A stretch of DNA of 64,000 bases. It comes from Amoebidium appalachense. Lineage: Eukaryota; Protista; Ichthyosporea. Below are positions 1-15,017 of this stretch, piece by piece. The position numbers and the translations under genes are program-made. The stretch covers positions 15,238,418 to 15,302,417 of the forward strand of contig CAVNZM010000001.1 in NCBI GenBank assembly GCA_963693365.1, given 5' to 3'. The first letter of the stretch is position 1. Every line of letters starts with the position of its first letter. Below the pieces are notes generated by a model that worked only from the letters and a program-made list of their open reading frames with translations, was not told the DNA's origin and searched no databases.

Positions 1-57
<57 letters not shown>

Positions 58-288
58 AAATGTGTGTGTGTGCCCGTGCGCCCGTGCGTGTGTGTGCGTG
101 TGCGTGTGCGTGTGAATGTGCCCGTGTGCCTGTGTGCCTGTGTGTGTGTGTCTGTATGTCGTGGTGGTGGTGGGGGGGGGGGGGGGGGGGGTAATCGATA
201 AGCATGTGTGTGAAGCCAGGGGGAGGGGGTGGGGAGAAAGGGGGGAAGTGTAAGATTGTAATTGCCTGATTGAATAAATGGGGTCAGT

Positions 289-329
<41 letters not shown>

Positions 330-350
330 TGTATGCATGCACGCGGGAGT

Positions 351-386
<36 letters not shown>

Positions 387-621
387 GCTAGGTATATAAA
401 ACGGAAGAGAACACATGTATTGTGTGGGAGCAAGTACCATACAGGTGGCTGTGTGTGTGCCCCCGGGGGGGGAAGGGGGGGAGGGGGAGGGGGGGGGGGG
501 GGGGGGGGGGAGGGGGGGGGGGGGGGGGGGGTGGGGCTAGGCGGGCTGTCGTGTAAGGGGGGTTCGTAGCCTGTGTGTGTGTGGGGGGGGGGGGGGGGGG
601 GGGGGGGGGGCATTTCCGTGT

Positions 622-664
<43 letters not shown>

Positions 665-688
665 TGTGTGTGCGTGTGTGTTTGTGTC

Positions 689-738
<50 letters not shown>

Positions 739-939
739 AATCACGAGTGTAATATTGGGAATGGGTGAATGGGGAATGGTGCGCAGAGGGGGAAGGGGAG
801 GGGGGGGGGGGGGGGGGGGTTGGGGGGAGATGGTGGGATACATGTACAGAATTGAAAGTATTAGAATGTGTGGCTCGGTGTAGGGGTGGGGTAGTGGGTG
901 TGTGGGTGAGTGGGGAGCTGCAGAGGGTGGGTACGGGGA

Positions 940-975
<36 letters not shown>

Positions 976-1603
976 CTGTTGCTGATGTGAGTATGCTGTC
1001 TGTGGAGAATTCAGTGTGGGGAGGAGCGTTGGGGGTAGAGGGGGGAAGGCAGAGGGGGGGGGGGGGGGGAGGAGGGGGAGGGGGGGGGCGGGGGGAGGGG
1101 GAGGGGGAGGGGGGGGGGGGGAGGGGGGGAGGGGAAGGGGCCGGGGAGGGGGGGGGGGGGGGGGAGGGGGGGGGGGGCTGTTGGTATTCGTGCATAGTGG
1201 GCACGACACAGGGGGATTGAAGAATGAAACGCGGATAATTCGTTTTGTTCCAGTGTTGATGCCCAAGTTCGAATGTATTTAATACTTTGTAATTGCCTGG
1301 TGCTGCAGATATATGTGATTTCTCCTTCCCTTCTTCCCCCTTCCCCCCCCCACCCCCTCTCTCCCCAAATCGTCCTGCCCGCTAAATAATCCCTCAAGTT
1401 ATTTTGCCCTGAAATTTTTCACCCCTTCGCCTTGAGTGGCCATCTCTCTCTCCCCCATCTCCCCCCTGCACCACCACCTCCTTGTCCCTAAATCACCCCC
1501 CCCCCCCCCCCCCCTCCCTCCCCTCCCCCCCCCCCCCCCCCCCCCCTTCCCTTCCTCTCCGTCCTGCTTACAACAACGCTATAGTTACACAAAACACACC
1601 CAC

Positions 1604-3966
<2,363 letters not shown>

Positions 3967-4327
3967 GTTTTCTAATGTTCACGTAAACAAAATCTCGGCT
4001 TTTTTTTTTCAGTAAACACAAGTGTAGTGCACATGTGGTGTGTGCAATAGTGCAAAACAGCTCTGGAAGTGCATGTCATGACGTCATCATGCGTTTTTCA
4101 TTCACGGGATTGCGCGTAGTAACCTTATTGGGGGTTTACGCTGTTTACTCGAGGCAAAGAGAACCAGTCTCAGGTATGGGGGGGGGGGGGTTTTGCTCGG
4201 AATATCCCCTCAGCGGTATATCATGATCACGTACATAGATGTCGGGTGGTGACTATATATCAGGGTTTACTTTCTCTACGAGACACCATAAAGACTACAA
4301 GGAGAAATCAATTAGTTGGGGTTCCCC

Positions 4328-4396
<69 letters not shown>

Positions 4397-4429
4397 GGGG
4401 CTCCCCTCGGGACACTCGGTATCAGCTGG

Positions 4430-4480
<51 letters not shown>

Positions 4481-4500
4481 TGTGTGTGTGTGCGCGTGCG

Positions 4501-7500
4501 CTATAATTTTGTAGTGATGTGTTTCTCAAGCCAATCAATACATCTAATAAACAGGTCGTAGTTACGCGTGTTTAGTATAAAATCAAGGATGTTGTAATTT
4601 ACAGGTAGGCTATCTTTCTGGGTGTCTGTTGTGAATGTGACGTGTGTGTGTTGCGGTATTATGTGGTCTATCAAACTACATTTGGCGATACATGACCGGT
4701 TAAACTGGTGTGTGTGTGTGTTGTTTGGGCATGCAAATGATGCCACCTTATACTTATTAGATCTCCACTGTATAGCACGTGTACAGTAAAAGCGTGGTAA
4801 TTGATCAATAATACCATCAGCTAGAGAAAGACCAGTTCTACAGGAAGGTAATATGTATTTAGGTGTTATACACTTGCGAGTGCCATATTTGGCAATATGG
4901 TTGAGGCGGTCAGTATATATAAAACGAGACATAAGGCTTAGTTTTTCAAGGTGTATGCTTTCATCGGGTCTAGTGTCGTGTGGTATCTTTTTCCATTTGT
5001 TATATTGCGTGATTATCTTGTGATTGTGTACATGTTTAATAAGTAAGTGGCAGTCCAAAGTCACACACACACTATTGCGGGGTTTATTTGTATTTGTGCC
5101 CAGGGGAGAAGGGGAGAGAGAGGGGAGGAAAGAGGGGAGAGGTGAGGAGGGGACAGGTCGGATAGAGAAGAGAGGGTGGGAGGGCAAATACTTCTTTAAG
5201 CGGCTTATGTGCTTATTGAATTTCAGCGCGAGATAGGATACTCTAGCAGCTATTGGGACCAGACCATATATCGAGAGCGTTACAGGCCCAGGTTTACAAC
5301 AGTTGTTAGATAGAAAGGAGGCAACTTCTGCTTCAAGGAAATTTGCCAAGGGTTTAAGCGCTCTAGTTCTCTCTTTCTTGATCCAAGCGGCGAGAAGGGG
5401 TAAACCATATTCACATGCCGGGAAGACAAAAGTGCGAATAAATGTAAGTCTAATAGAAGGATGGAGGGGTGTGTCTTTAAAAATATTAGCCGAGAAGAAA
5501 GCTAACCGCTTACGAGCCAACTCTACCCTCTTTTCGACCATATGGGGAAACATAACACCAACAGAATCAACCGGAACACCAAGATATTTGTATTCTGGAA
5601 CTATAGGTACAGGTTTAGATGATAATGTAAATGTGTGTAAATTGTTAGCTATATCAGGTACAAGAACACCACATTTGTCTATGTTAAGGATCATAAGGTT
5701 TGCCTTGCACCACTCTGACACTACATCGAACAATCTTTGCAGGCGTCTAGGGGTACGGGCAAGGAGGGACAGATCATCAGCATAGAGAAGTGCAGGCGGA
5801 AAGTTATTAATAGGGTCATCGTTTTCGGCGTAAATCTTGACAGCCAAATCATCTATAAATAGGTTAAACAAAAAGGGGCTAAGCAATGAACCCTGCAAGA
5901 GACCTCTAGTACGAGCAAAACCATATGAAAGATGCCCATTAACCACAGCTCTACCATAGGTTTGAGACAAGAGTGCTTCTAACAGAACACCAATGCAGTG
6001 TGGTACACCCCGTGCAGCAAGCTTTTCCCATAGGAGACCAGGGGAGACAGAATCGTAAGCAGTTTTCCAATCAATAAAGCCAACATATTGTGCACCAACT
6101 TGCATAGAATCGTGCAGTGCCATTATTTGAACATAACATGAATTGTTTTTACGAAAAGCGGATTGGCATGGGTGTATGTGAAGAATAGATTGAAACCTAG
6201 GGTGATGTGCAAATAACCTAAGTAAGCAAGCTTCAAAGAATCTACGAACAACCTGGGTTAGTGTAATGGGGCGAAAGGATGATATGGGGCCCTCAGAGTC
6301 CTTCTTAACTATGGGGATCACTAAGGTATCTAACCAAGATGACGGGACATGTCCACATTTAACACACCAAGAAAAGAGAGAGCTTAACATGATAGTAAGA
6401 TCAGGTTTAATAGCACGATCACTTTCCTTTTGTGGGTAGGAGGGAACAAGGATTTTAAGAAACCCAGCAGGGAGTCCATCAGGTCCACAAGACTTACTAG
6501 AGCTATAACTAGATATCACAGACCATATGGCATCGGGACTGAAAAAGGGGAGGATCGATTCTATGGGGATAGATGGGTCTACAGGCCACACAATAGGTTT
6601 CTGAGCGGGGGTCCTATCTTTAAACAGTTCCGAGAAATACTTATCAGAGTCTATGAGGGGGTCTCCAGTGGTATCACCAATAATACGAGCAGGGGGGCCA
6701 AATCGATTCATACTAGCAAGCCGGCGCAAGCTTTCCTTTTGAGACAGGGGTTCACCTAGTCTAGCGGGAGTGGTGTTTGGTAACAAGAGAGCATCGGGAT
6801 ATTCCTTCCTACCACCGCCAGCATAATCACCGAGATCTATCAAATCATCAACAATAAAGTTAGTGCATGTATCTAGTACGAGATGTGAATCTGGCCTGGC
6901 TTGTGCAGATTCTAATAGGCGCATATATATAGGGTGTTTCGTAGCATAGCATACACATACATCAACTCTACCCCACTGTGACTTAAGCTGGGATAGACGG
7001 AGGCGAAAGGTGGGAGGGGGAGGGGGGAGCAGATCAAGGGAGATCTTAGGTAGGAAAAGGATAGGAGAGTGGTCAGATGACCTAGAGAGGTTAGGAGGGA
7101 GAGAGAGTTTTGACATGGTTGATGGCCAAAAGGCCACTCCCCAGTCGGTGTTGTGGGCATGGGATATTTGAGGGAACCGCAAAGTGTGACTTTGGACATA
7201 CCTTGCTAAAGGGATAGCACGCTCCGGGGGCTTAGATGGGTACCCGACACTCACTTGCAGTGTGTCTGTGTGGTGGAGTCGCGTGTTAAAATCACCTAAA
7301 ATAACAGTGGACATTGGTAACTGTGACAACTCGTGAGTCAATTCGACAACCGACATAGATGGTGGGTAATATACAAAAGTAAAAACATTAGAAAGAAACT
7401 CTATAGAAACCGAGAATTCCGTTTTTGCTACCGGTTTGCACTTCACTCTCACGTGTGGTGCGGCAAGTACAATAATGCCTCGGTTTTTCGCGTAACCGGG

Positions 7501-7695
7501 GTGTGTGGATGTGTCGACCAATGTAGAGTTGAATTTGTGGTGGTTTTTAAACTGTGTTTCGCAAATCACTGTAAACGTGTGGTTGTTTGTCTGTTGTTGT
7601 ATGTAGCTGATTTTATCGTCGAGTGTCCCGGGGGGGAGGCCCTTTTGGGGGCCCAGTGTCCGAGCATTCCAGAAGAAGAAGGATAAATTAGGCAT
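4501..7695 (-). CDS. LINE ORF2: apurinic-like endonuclease + reverse transcriptase (1064 aa)
   Basis: APE motifs WNAR, CET, ILGDFN and SDH. RT motifs FRPITL, FIDWKTAYDSV, GLLQGSLLSPFLFNLFID, LYADD and YKYLG. Confidence 0.95.
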   Translation of the reverse strand: MPNLSFFFWNARTLGPQKGLPPGTLDDKISYIQQQTNNHTFTVICETQFKNHHKFNSTLVDTSTHPGYAKNRGIIVLAAPHVRVKCKPVAKTEFSVSIEFLSNVFTFVYYPPSMSVVELTHELSQLPMSTVILGDFNTRLHHTDTLQVSVGYPSKPPERAIPLARYVQSHTLRFPQISHAHNTDWGVAFWPSTMSKLSLPPNLSRSSDHSPILFLPKISLDLLPPPPPTFRLRLSQLKSQWGRVDVCVCYATKHPIYMRLLESAQARPDSHLVLDTCTNFIVDDLIDLGDYAGGGRKEYPDALLLPNTTPARLGEPLSQKESLRRLASMNRFGPPARIIGDTTGDPLIDSDKYFSELFKDRTPAQKPIVWPVDPSIPIESILPFFSPDAIWSVISSYSSSKSCGPDGLPAGFLKILVPSYPQKESDRAIKPDLTIMLSSLFSWCVKCGHVPSSWLDTLVIPIVKKDSEGPISSFRPITLTQVVRRFFEACLLRLFAHHPRFQSILHIHPCQSAFRKNNSCYVQIMALHDSMQVGAQYVGFIDWKTAYDSVSPGLLWEKLAARGVPHCIGVLLEALLSQTYGRAVVNGHLSYGFARTRGLLQGSLLSPFLFNLFIDDLAVKIYAENDDPINNFPPALLYADDLSLLARTPRRLQRLFDVVSEWCKANLMILNIDKCGVLVPDIANNLHTFTLSSKPVPIVPEYKYLGVPVDSVGVMFPHMVEKRVELARKRLAFFSANIFKDTPLHPSIRLTFIRTFVFPACEYGLPLLAAWIKKERTRALKPLANFLEAEVASFLSNNCCKPGPVTLSIYGLVPIAARVSYLALKFNKHISRLKKYLPSHPLFSIRPVPSSPLPSFLPSLSPSPLGTNTNKPRNSVCVTLDCHLLIKHVHNHKIITQYNKWKKIPHDTRPDESIHLEKLSLMSRFIYTDRLNHIAKYGTRKCITPKYILPSCRTGLSLADGIIDQLPRFYCTRAIQWRSNKYKVASFACPNNTHTHQFNRSCIAKCSLIDHIIPQHTHVTFTTDTQKDSLPVNYNILDFILNTRNYDLFIRCIDWLEKHITTKL

Positions 7696-8872
7696 CGGTT
7701 TGGTCCGACACCTGTGGGGTTGGTTCCCACTTGTCGCTTACGGGGTCGTATGCACGACCTTCCGCCAGCGCGAACAGTTCGCAGAAGAGCTCGATTTCCA
7801 TCTCGCATCGGCGTTTGCGCTCGAGCAGTTTCTCACCAGAAAACATTGGTTCCTTCGTGTCCGTGTCTATCACGCTCGTAGCATCGTTTTCCAACTTTGC
7901 GAGGAACTCTTTTGCCTTGCTGATGCGTACACGACAACGTGTGGCGCACGCATTCTTAGCAGACACTTTACGTTCTTTGTCTGCTTTCTGAATGTTTTCC
8001 GGCGCGCATGGGTCGTAGTTTGGGAGGTGGGTGAAGAAGCTTCCACACCCCTTTGTCGCGTCACGGATGAACGCACGGTTATAGTCGCCCCGTACTGCTA
8101 CTTCCAGCACATCGTATCCAATGAAGGACAGACAAAGGATGCGAGAGCACCGGAAGCCGAGAGCCTTGAAGATGGACCACATGGCCCTGTGTGGGCGTCT
8201 GCCGTGCTTGACTTTGAAATACACCCTCTCGTATTTGGGTGGGATGTTGATGTTACCGTTTGCTTGGGTGTTCCCCTTAGCCGGCGGTTTGGAAGGGGAG
8301 TTGCGGCGGTACTCGTTGCCTGCAAGAATGCTGGCATATGTTTCCTTGGCAATTTGGCGGAGCTCGGGTGTTTTACGAGAGTTCGCATATTCTAGGAACT
8401 CTGCCGGGAGCTGTGCTTCCGGTCCTGTGTTGTTTTGTGTTGGGGTGGAAATGTCTCCGTCGCGAGATGTTTGCTCATGAGTTTTGGGGTTTTGCGATCC
8501 ACTAATGTTTAGCTGGGCTGTGAGTGAATCAATGGTGAGCTTGAGTTGGGTATTTTCTGTTTGGAGTTTTTCTATCATGTTCTTGAGTGGTAACAGCTCA
8601 TTTAGCTGTTTCTTAACGAGGGCAAGTTCTGCCAGTACTGTATCAACCGAAAGTTTCGGCATGGTTGTTATTGTGTTTCTACGGAGTGGTGTGGTGTTAT
8701 TCTGAATGGGTAGTGTATTGTAAATAGGTGTTGCGCTTAGTCTAAGGCGATGTTTTTCTGGTTGTGCATCTGTGGTAGGTGTATCTGCTGGACGTTTTAA
8801 TGGTCGCACATGTGTGATGGGTGTAGATGGAACTTTGAAAGAGGTTCTGAAACGATTATAGGCATGTGCCAT
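7688..8872 (-). CDS. LINE ORF1 (394 aa, coiled-coil, putative nucleic-acid-binding protein)
   Basis: Long ORF directly upstream of ORF2; its stop overlaps the ORF2 ATG (GATGCCTAA). Contains a heptad segment LAELALVKKQLNELLPLKNMIEKLQTENTQLK. Confidence 0.85.
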   Translation of the reverse strand: MAHAYNRFRTSFKVPSTPITHVRPLKRPADTPTTDAQPEKHRLRLSATPIYNTLPIQNNTTPLRRNTITTMPKLSVDTVLAELALVKKQLNELLPLKNMIEKLQTENTQLKLTIDSLTAQLNISGSQNPKTHEQTSRDGDISTPTQNNTGPEAQLPAEFLEYANSRKTPELRQIAKETYASILAGNEYRRNSPSKPPAKGNTQANGNINIPPKYERVYFKVKHGRRPHRAMWSIFKALGFRCSRILCLSFIGYDVLEVAVRGDYNRAFIRDATKGCGSFFTHLPNYDPCAPENIQKADKERKVSAKNACATRCRVRISKAKEFLAKLENDATSVIDTDTKEPMFSGEKLLERKRRCEMEIELFCELFALAEGRAYDPVSDKWEPTPQVSDQTDA

Positions 8873-9086
8873 GACATGGATGGGGGTGTTCCCCGGCCCT
8901 TAGGGCCACGGATGGCCTGGTTTAGGGGTGGATGCGCGAAGGATACTATTTATTAGCAGATAATAAAGAGCGACATTTGAATCGATGTGTGCGACTGAAT
9001 CGATTAGGGTTTCAAATATTGCTTTATAAGGCTATTGCTGAAGACTCTTTTCACAAAGGGCTCTCTACAACCCTTCCCTACAAGCT

Positions 9087-9153
<67 letters not shown>

Positions 9154-9289
9154 TCGCTAAAGTCTAGACTGAAGCTTCGATCCCCGCCGGGGCCGCAATA
9201 TGAACAAAACCCGCGGAAACGCATGGTGCCGGTAGCCTGTAGCACTCCAAAAAAAGAAAAAATGAAAAAAAATACTTCTCGTCGGTAGA

Positions 9290-10420
9290 TTTCAACAATT
9301 CGTCCAACAATTTCCGGTTACCGGCGATTCTTGTGTCTCTGGACTTTTTTTCGTTGATGATATTGTCTTAGTCACCCACGATCCTTCCATTATGCATAAC
9401 ATGCTTTCTCGAGTGGATGATTGGTGTTTCCGAAATTTCATGAAAATTGGGATAGATAAATGCGGCACATTTTCTCCCAATGCACACTACACCCTGAACC
9501 ATCGACCTATCCCCGTTGTGTCCTCCTATGGCTATTTAGGTATTCCTTTCACCTCTCAGGGTATTTGCTTTGGACGCTTTTTGACTTCACGCATTTCCCG
9601 TGCACGTGGTTGCTTACATATCTATCAAGGAAATATTGCAAATATCTCTAATGTTCATCCTGCTAATTTACTCACTCTTTATAAAGTTTTTCTTCGTCCA
9701 TGTTTCGAATATGGCCTTCCGTTACTCTTGGGTGCCCCTCCACGGCAACAGCGTGCGGCTCTGCGAGACTTCGATTCCTTTCAGCGTGAATTCATCAAGT
9801 TTATATCTCGAACCTCGTGTCGGCATCCTTTGGCGGCTCCTTTGTAGAGTGTTCTTGGTCTCCCTCCGGCGAGCCAACGTATGAATGAATTAGGGTTTCG
9901 CTTCTGTTTTCATTTGGTTAGGCTTCCTCCTTATCATCCCTTATTGCGATTCTTTCCTTCTTTCCGGAACCTGTTCCCATTTCTAATGTTCGTGCAAAAT
10001 GTAGCAAAATGTCCCATTCCCAATCTATCTCCCATTCCGAGATATCCCTTTAAATATATCTCTTCTTTATTTTTCTCTTCCACTATTTATCAGCAGTATG
10101 TTACTTGATTTCATACTCAGTATCCCTTGCTTCATCGTTGTGATAAAGAGTATCACGGTATGGCTCTTGAGCCTGTGCTTATTTTTATCTTAGAGACTAG
10201 TTTATTTTCTTTGCAAATCGTTGTGTAAATTAGCTACTTCCATTTCTCCTTCCTCTCGTAAACCTACCACACTTTTGATTTTGCAATTCTCGCCCCTTCT
10301 TGTGATATTGCTTGGAAATGTTTGTTTTGGCGTTGTAACCTTTGTTTCCACAAATGCTTGTGCCACTTTAAATTTAAAATCTTGTGTCAAAGCATTTTCT
10401 CGTAAACATCTAGATAGATG
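9290..10420 (+). pseudogene. Degenerate, 5'-truncated LINE ORF2 fragment (related but diverged family)
   Basis: FFVDD...DWC...IDKCG...YGYLGIP...FLRPCFEYGLPLL aligns with LYADD...EWC...IDKCG...YKYLGVP...FVFPACEYGLPLL of the intact ORF2. In-frame stop at 9845-9847. The right boundary is approximate. Confidence 0.85.
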
Positions 10421-10977
10421 TATATCTCAGATTATTCGAAGGGCATGCTGTAGTCTCCAAGGCTATATGTACCCACTGGCTTACGTAGGTGGCCGGGCAC
10501 TACTACCACATCATCTGTAGACTCAACCAATCACAGAACAACCGGCAACAGGCCCTTTTTGCTTCTGTTTTTGAAAGGCTAAATAAAATGTAACTTTACT
10601 AGATCTAACTTTTCTTCACTTCTAGAGCCAATGAGAATGTCCCGTAAAAAAAAAAAACTTTAAATAGAACCATTTCATGTTAGCAGAGAACATTTGTTGA
10701 TTTCGCTAATTTTGTGCGAATTTATTTGCTTGCCATATACGTATATGTGTGTTTTTCAAGTTGTAAAAAAACTATATTTTTATTAGGAAATTAAAAGTGT
10801 TCTATGTTAATATTATTAATAAGATATATATAATAGTGTTTGCAACCTTATATATTATTGTTTTTGTGGTACTTGGTCCATAAAGGCCAGGTATATACAC
10901 CTCCTTTTTTTATTGGGATCACGTGCTGCTCCGTCAAAATGGCCGGCGTAAAAGATAAGGTGCTATGCCACGGCGAC

Positions 10978-11014
<37 letters not shown>

Positions 11015-11494
11015 CCACAGGGAAGACAGTATTCGGGCATGCTGCAGCTGCATCATCATGTTTTGGAGATCTTACGTATGCTGGTTAGTTTTCTTGTTGG
11101 CAGACTTCGCAAACTATGATAGTATCTGATCATCCCGAGCTCCTTGCACAAAAAATTCAAAATGTCTTTTCCATATATATCCGAGTCGACGGATATCTTC
11201 ATAATCTTGCTTTCAATTCCCTCTTCACTTATTGATTTGAAGTACACTTAGGCGAGCTTAATAATTAATAAAAGTATTCCTCCTCCCCCCCCCCCCCCCC
11301 CCCCCCAACACACACACACACACACACACACACCCACCCCAACCCCACCCCACCCCACCCACCCGCTCCCCCCCCCCCCCCCCCCCCCCTCCCCCCGGCC
11401 CTCACCCTCTTCCCTTCCCCGACTGCACGTACACACATTCAATTTGCTCTATCAACTACTAACACACGCCACCATTCCCATCCCCCCTCCCCCC

Positions 11495-11527
<33 letters not shown>

Positions 11528-11558
11528 CCCCTCCCCTCTTTCAACAAACACACAACAG

Positions 11559-11994
11559 CTCTACTCCAACTACAGTCTGAGCCTCTTCAACTGCAACCAC
11601 CCTCTCTCCAATCTGACTCTCAAATACGACCCGAGCACAAGCAAAACCACTATTGCAGGCTCTGTCGTTCGGTGCCCTGAATCCCTTTCAAAATCCCAGT
11701 GTTTGCAACATATAACAAGCGGTGTAGGACATTGTCAGGCCCTCGTTTTCCTATTCTGTTTCTGTTCGCAACGGCACGACATTGGTGAGCGAAGACATAA
11801 ACCAGCCCGGAGGGGGAACAGTCACGTGTTCTTCCGAGACTCTGACTTACACCGGAAAGAGAGGGAAGGAGAGGGCGTCGTTTTTCTTTTCGCAGGGACA
11901 AGTTGAAAAGGACGCTAACGGCGTGGGGTGGCTCATACACAATGAGGATTTGAAGTTTGGCGACTGGCTGTTTACGGCTGTTTGCCCCCAATAG
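11559..11994 (+). pseudogene. Putative terminal coding exon(s) of an unknown extracellular protein, frame-disrupted
   Basis: Follows a CA-rich acceptor (ACACAACAG). The protein-like segments LYSNYSLSLFNCNHPLSNLTLKYDP... and ...GVGWLIHNEDLKFGDWLFTAVCPQ* lie in different frames. Confidence 0.3.
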
Positions 11995-12751
11995 ACTCTG
12001 CTGACAAAAGATCGGGGGGGTTTTTCATCCCGCAAGTGCAACATGTATTTACATGATGTCACATGATTCATGTATGTATACTATAGTTACATATATTGGT
12101 ATACATTTACGTTCATGTATACTATAGTTACATATATTGGTATACATTTACGTTCATGTATATTTACGTCATATCTTCAATTCTTTTTATTAGAAAAAGT
12201 TTACCGGTTGCGGATGACCGCTCCGCCGGGGGGGGGGGGGGGGGGGGGGGGGGAGCCAAGGGAGGTGGTGGTGGTGGGGGGGGGGGGGGGAGCAGTATAC
12301 ATTACCATCTACGAAAATGTAGGGCACTGTGCAAAGTGCAGCAAAACCCTTTAGCCTCCATTCAGCTATAAATAGGTAGTAGCTTTAAAGGGAAGGCTCG
12401 TTAAAGACACGAGATAACTATTGGTCTGTCCCAAGGTGTAATGTTTCCTCCTGTTTGTCGTGAGCGAGAACGTTCGAAGCCATGTTCTGTCTTTTTGCAA
12501 CCAGTTTTTCAACAGCTTATTAGAGTTTCACCAAGTTAAATTTCCATTAAAAATGATTTCACGACGGCAGGTCTTTTTCAAAAGCTCTAGTTTAATATTA
12601 TTTTCATTGTAAAAACGTTGAGTCAAATTTTACACTTTAAAATAATGATAAAAGCAATTATTTCAAAAATCCACATTGGTTAACGGTACATATGCACTCA
12701 CGGACTCACTGACTGCTTCACTCAGACTCAGTCGCGCCCGCACACGCACGC

Positions 12752-12796
<45 letters not shown>

Positions 12797-12959
12797 CGCA
12801 TACGTACACACACGTACACACGTACACACACGTACGCATACACCTGTGTCACTATCACACACACAAAGTTCCCAATACAAATTGAACTGCCCGTACACAC
12901 CTACATCACCGAGATACGCACGCACTACTCTAGCTTAAATATATTCCGCTATGGGGGCC

Positions 12960-12990
<31 letters not shown>

Positions 12991-13181
12991 ATGTACACAA
13001 ACAAAAGCACGTTTGTTGGCACAAGAAGAATTTCGATGAGTGAGAAAGGGACCGAGCTTTTAGACATATGAAGGTCTAGCTCGCGGCACGGGGCGGCGTC
13101 CGTGTGTACACGTCGGGGATTGAGACTGTGCGTGTGGGTGTGCCTGCGTGTGTGCGTGTGGTGTGGGTGTGGGTTTTCATC

Positions 13182-13230
<49 letters not shown>

Positions 13231-13255
13231 TATGTGTGTCTGCATTTGTGTGCAT

Positions 13256-13298
<43 letters not shown>

Positions 13299-14839
13299 TG
13301 CATTTGTGTGTGCATGCGTGTGTGCGAATGGGTTGCATAAAGTGTATTCCTCACGATCTTTCATATGGATTGAATTATAAATTTTTATTCTTCAGGGTGC
13401 GCGGTGTCAACCAAGGAACACCATGTGCACGTACAACATGCACACTAGCACCCTGTCCTGAAATACCTACAACTCTTGATATTGATTATAGACGAATGTC
13501 ACGGTTACATAAATACACAATTTGGCAAACTACCGAGTATCCATCGAGTTCTTTTCATTTTCTCTATATATATCGTATATCACGACCATCCAACTGACTA
13601 GGTGTGCATTTCCTGTACATGTACTTTTCTACTACACAAGTTGGCTTTTGGTTGCAACGGGCAAGTGTCAACCCCCATCACCTACATCACTTTTTCAATA
13701 TCTATCCCACTGTATATATATCTAAAAAGGCTTATTTACGTAGCATATCTTCACATTGCAAGTTGCACACTATAGTATCTACAGGTTGTAGTGCTATTTT
13801 GTATCAAACAACACACAGCTCCAATTTGCATTTCATGTTCTATGCTGAAAAACGATCATTTCGTGTGCCTTGCTGATTTGGTTCGGCTTTACAGCTTATC
13901 GACAAGAACGAATGTAGGTGATTTTTTTCCTTTTGAAACAAAAATGAAATTCGAACAAACCAACAAACAAAAAGAAAGAAAAAAGAGCACAAAGAGAAAA
14001 CACAGATGGGACTAAAGAAAATCAGTTCGCTGACTGTGTGGAGGTTCAATAAGACATAAGGAAGAATGTTGAAATCCCGTGACCAATTTAACAAAACTGG
14101 TCATTACGGAAATAAAAAATTCCGTAACATTTTCCCACAAAACCCTCAATAAGACGGGATAACCTTCAACTTTCACACCGCACATACCGCCACTCACACC
14201 TTCACCGAGAGAGGGGCCGGGCGGAAACCGCCCACACCAGGGTCATCCTCTGACGTCAGCACCGTGAAGTCGAATGACGTCACATTGGGACACGGGCTGA
14301 TTGGGGGCGGGGGAGATGCGAGATACGACTGCGACACTGTTTGGTGATTGGGGGGGGGGGGGGGTAAGATAGAGTGGTTGTGGCACAGGGAGCAGGCCGG
14401 TGGAGAGGGGATTTGGGGGGGGGGGGGGGGGGGGGGGGGGGAGGGGGGGGGGATGGGGATCCAAACGAAAAGTGAGCTGAAACGGAACGGAAAAGCTAGA
14501 TGGCAATGGGGATCGAGGATTGTCGGATATGGGGTCGTTTGGGGGCAGGGCCAGTGAAAGGGAGGGGGGGGAGGGGGGGAGGGGGGGGGGGGGGGGGGGG
14601 GGGGGGAGAGGGGGGGGGGGGGGGGTGGGGGGGGGGGGAAGCGCGGCGGAGCAGCCGGGGGGGGGGGGGGGGGGAGAGGGGAGGGGGGGGGGGGGGGGGG
14701 GGAGACGTACTGCAGATGGAAATTAGGAAGAGGGGGAGAAAGGGGTGGTGGTGGTGGTGGTTGGTGGTGGTGATATGTTTTTGTGTGTGTGTGTGTGTGT
14801 GTGTGTTGGGGGGAGGGGGGGAGGGGGGAGGACACATAC

Positions 14840-14954
14840 TGCAGAAGCTCTTAAGGGCCTCTGGGGGCGTCTTCTTTGCCGTCTTGGGGGCACCCGGTAC
14901 AGTGGATGAGGAGAGAGAGGAGGAGGAGGAGCGCTCAACCCGTGCAAGCTGCAC

Positions 14955-15017
<63 letters not shown>

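Larger units (their letters stand above)
4329..9180 (-). mobile_element. Apparently full-length non-LTR retrotransposon (LINE, ORF1 + APE-RT ORF2)
   Basis: Two intact ORFs overlapping by 8 nt, a short 3' UTR with (CA)n, and a poly(A) tail (T-run 4329-4392 on +). The 5' boundary is tentative, based on a possible 6-bp TSD TCCCCG at 4323-4328 and 9181-9186. Confidence 0.9.

Noticed and set aside
1-1400. Many ORFs encoding poly-Pro/Gly, CV, HT, ER or LS repeats here and throughout the window
   Set aside because: They are translations of intronic or intergenic microsatellites and homopolymers that lack stop codons by composition.
4079-4086. TGACGTCA (CRE) upstream of TMEM14, also at 52269-52276
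   Set aside because: The same 8-mer also occurs in coding and transposon sequence in this window, so it is not enough to call regulatory.
8873-8935. HDV-like ribozyme in the LINE 5' UTR
   Set aside because: Only short GC hairpins are present. I could not assemble the nested double pseudoknot.
11056-11247. Minus-strand 63-aa ORF as a possible exon
   Set aside because: It has a possible donor but no in-phase partner exon or recognisable motif.
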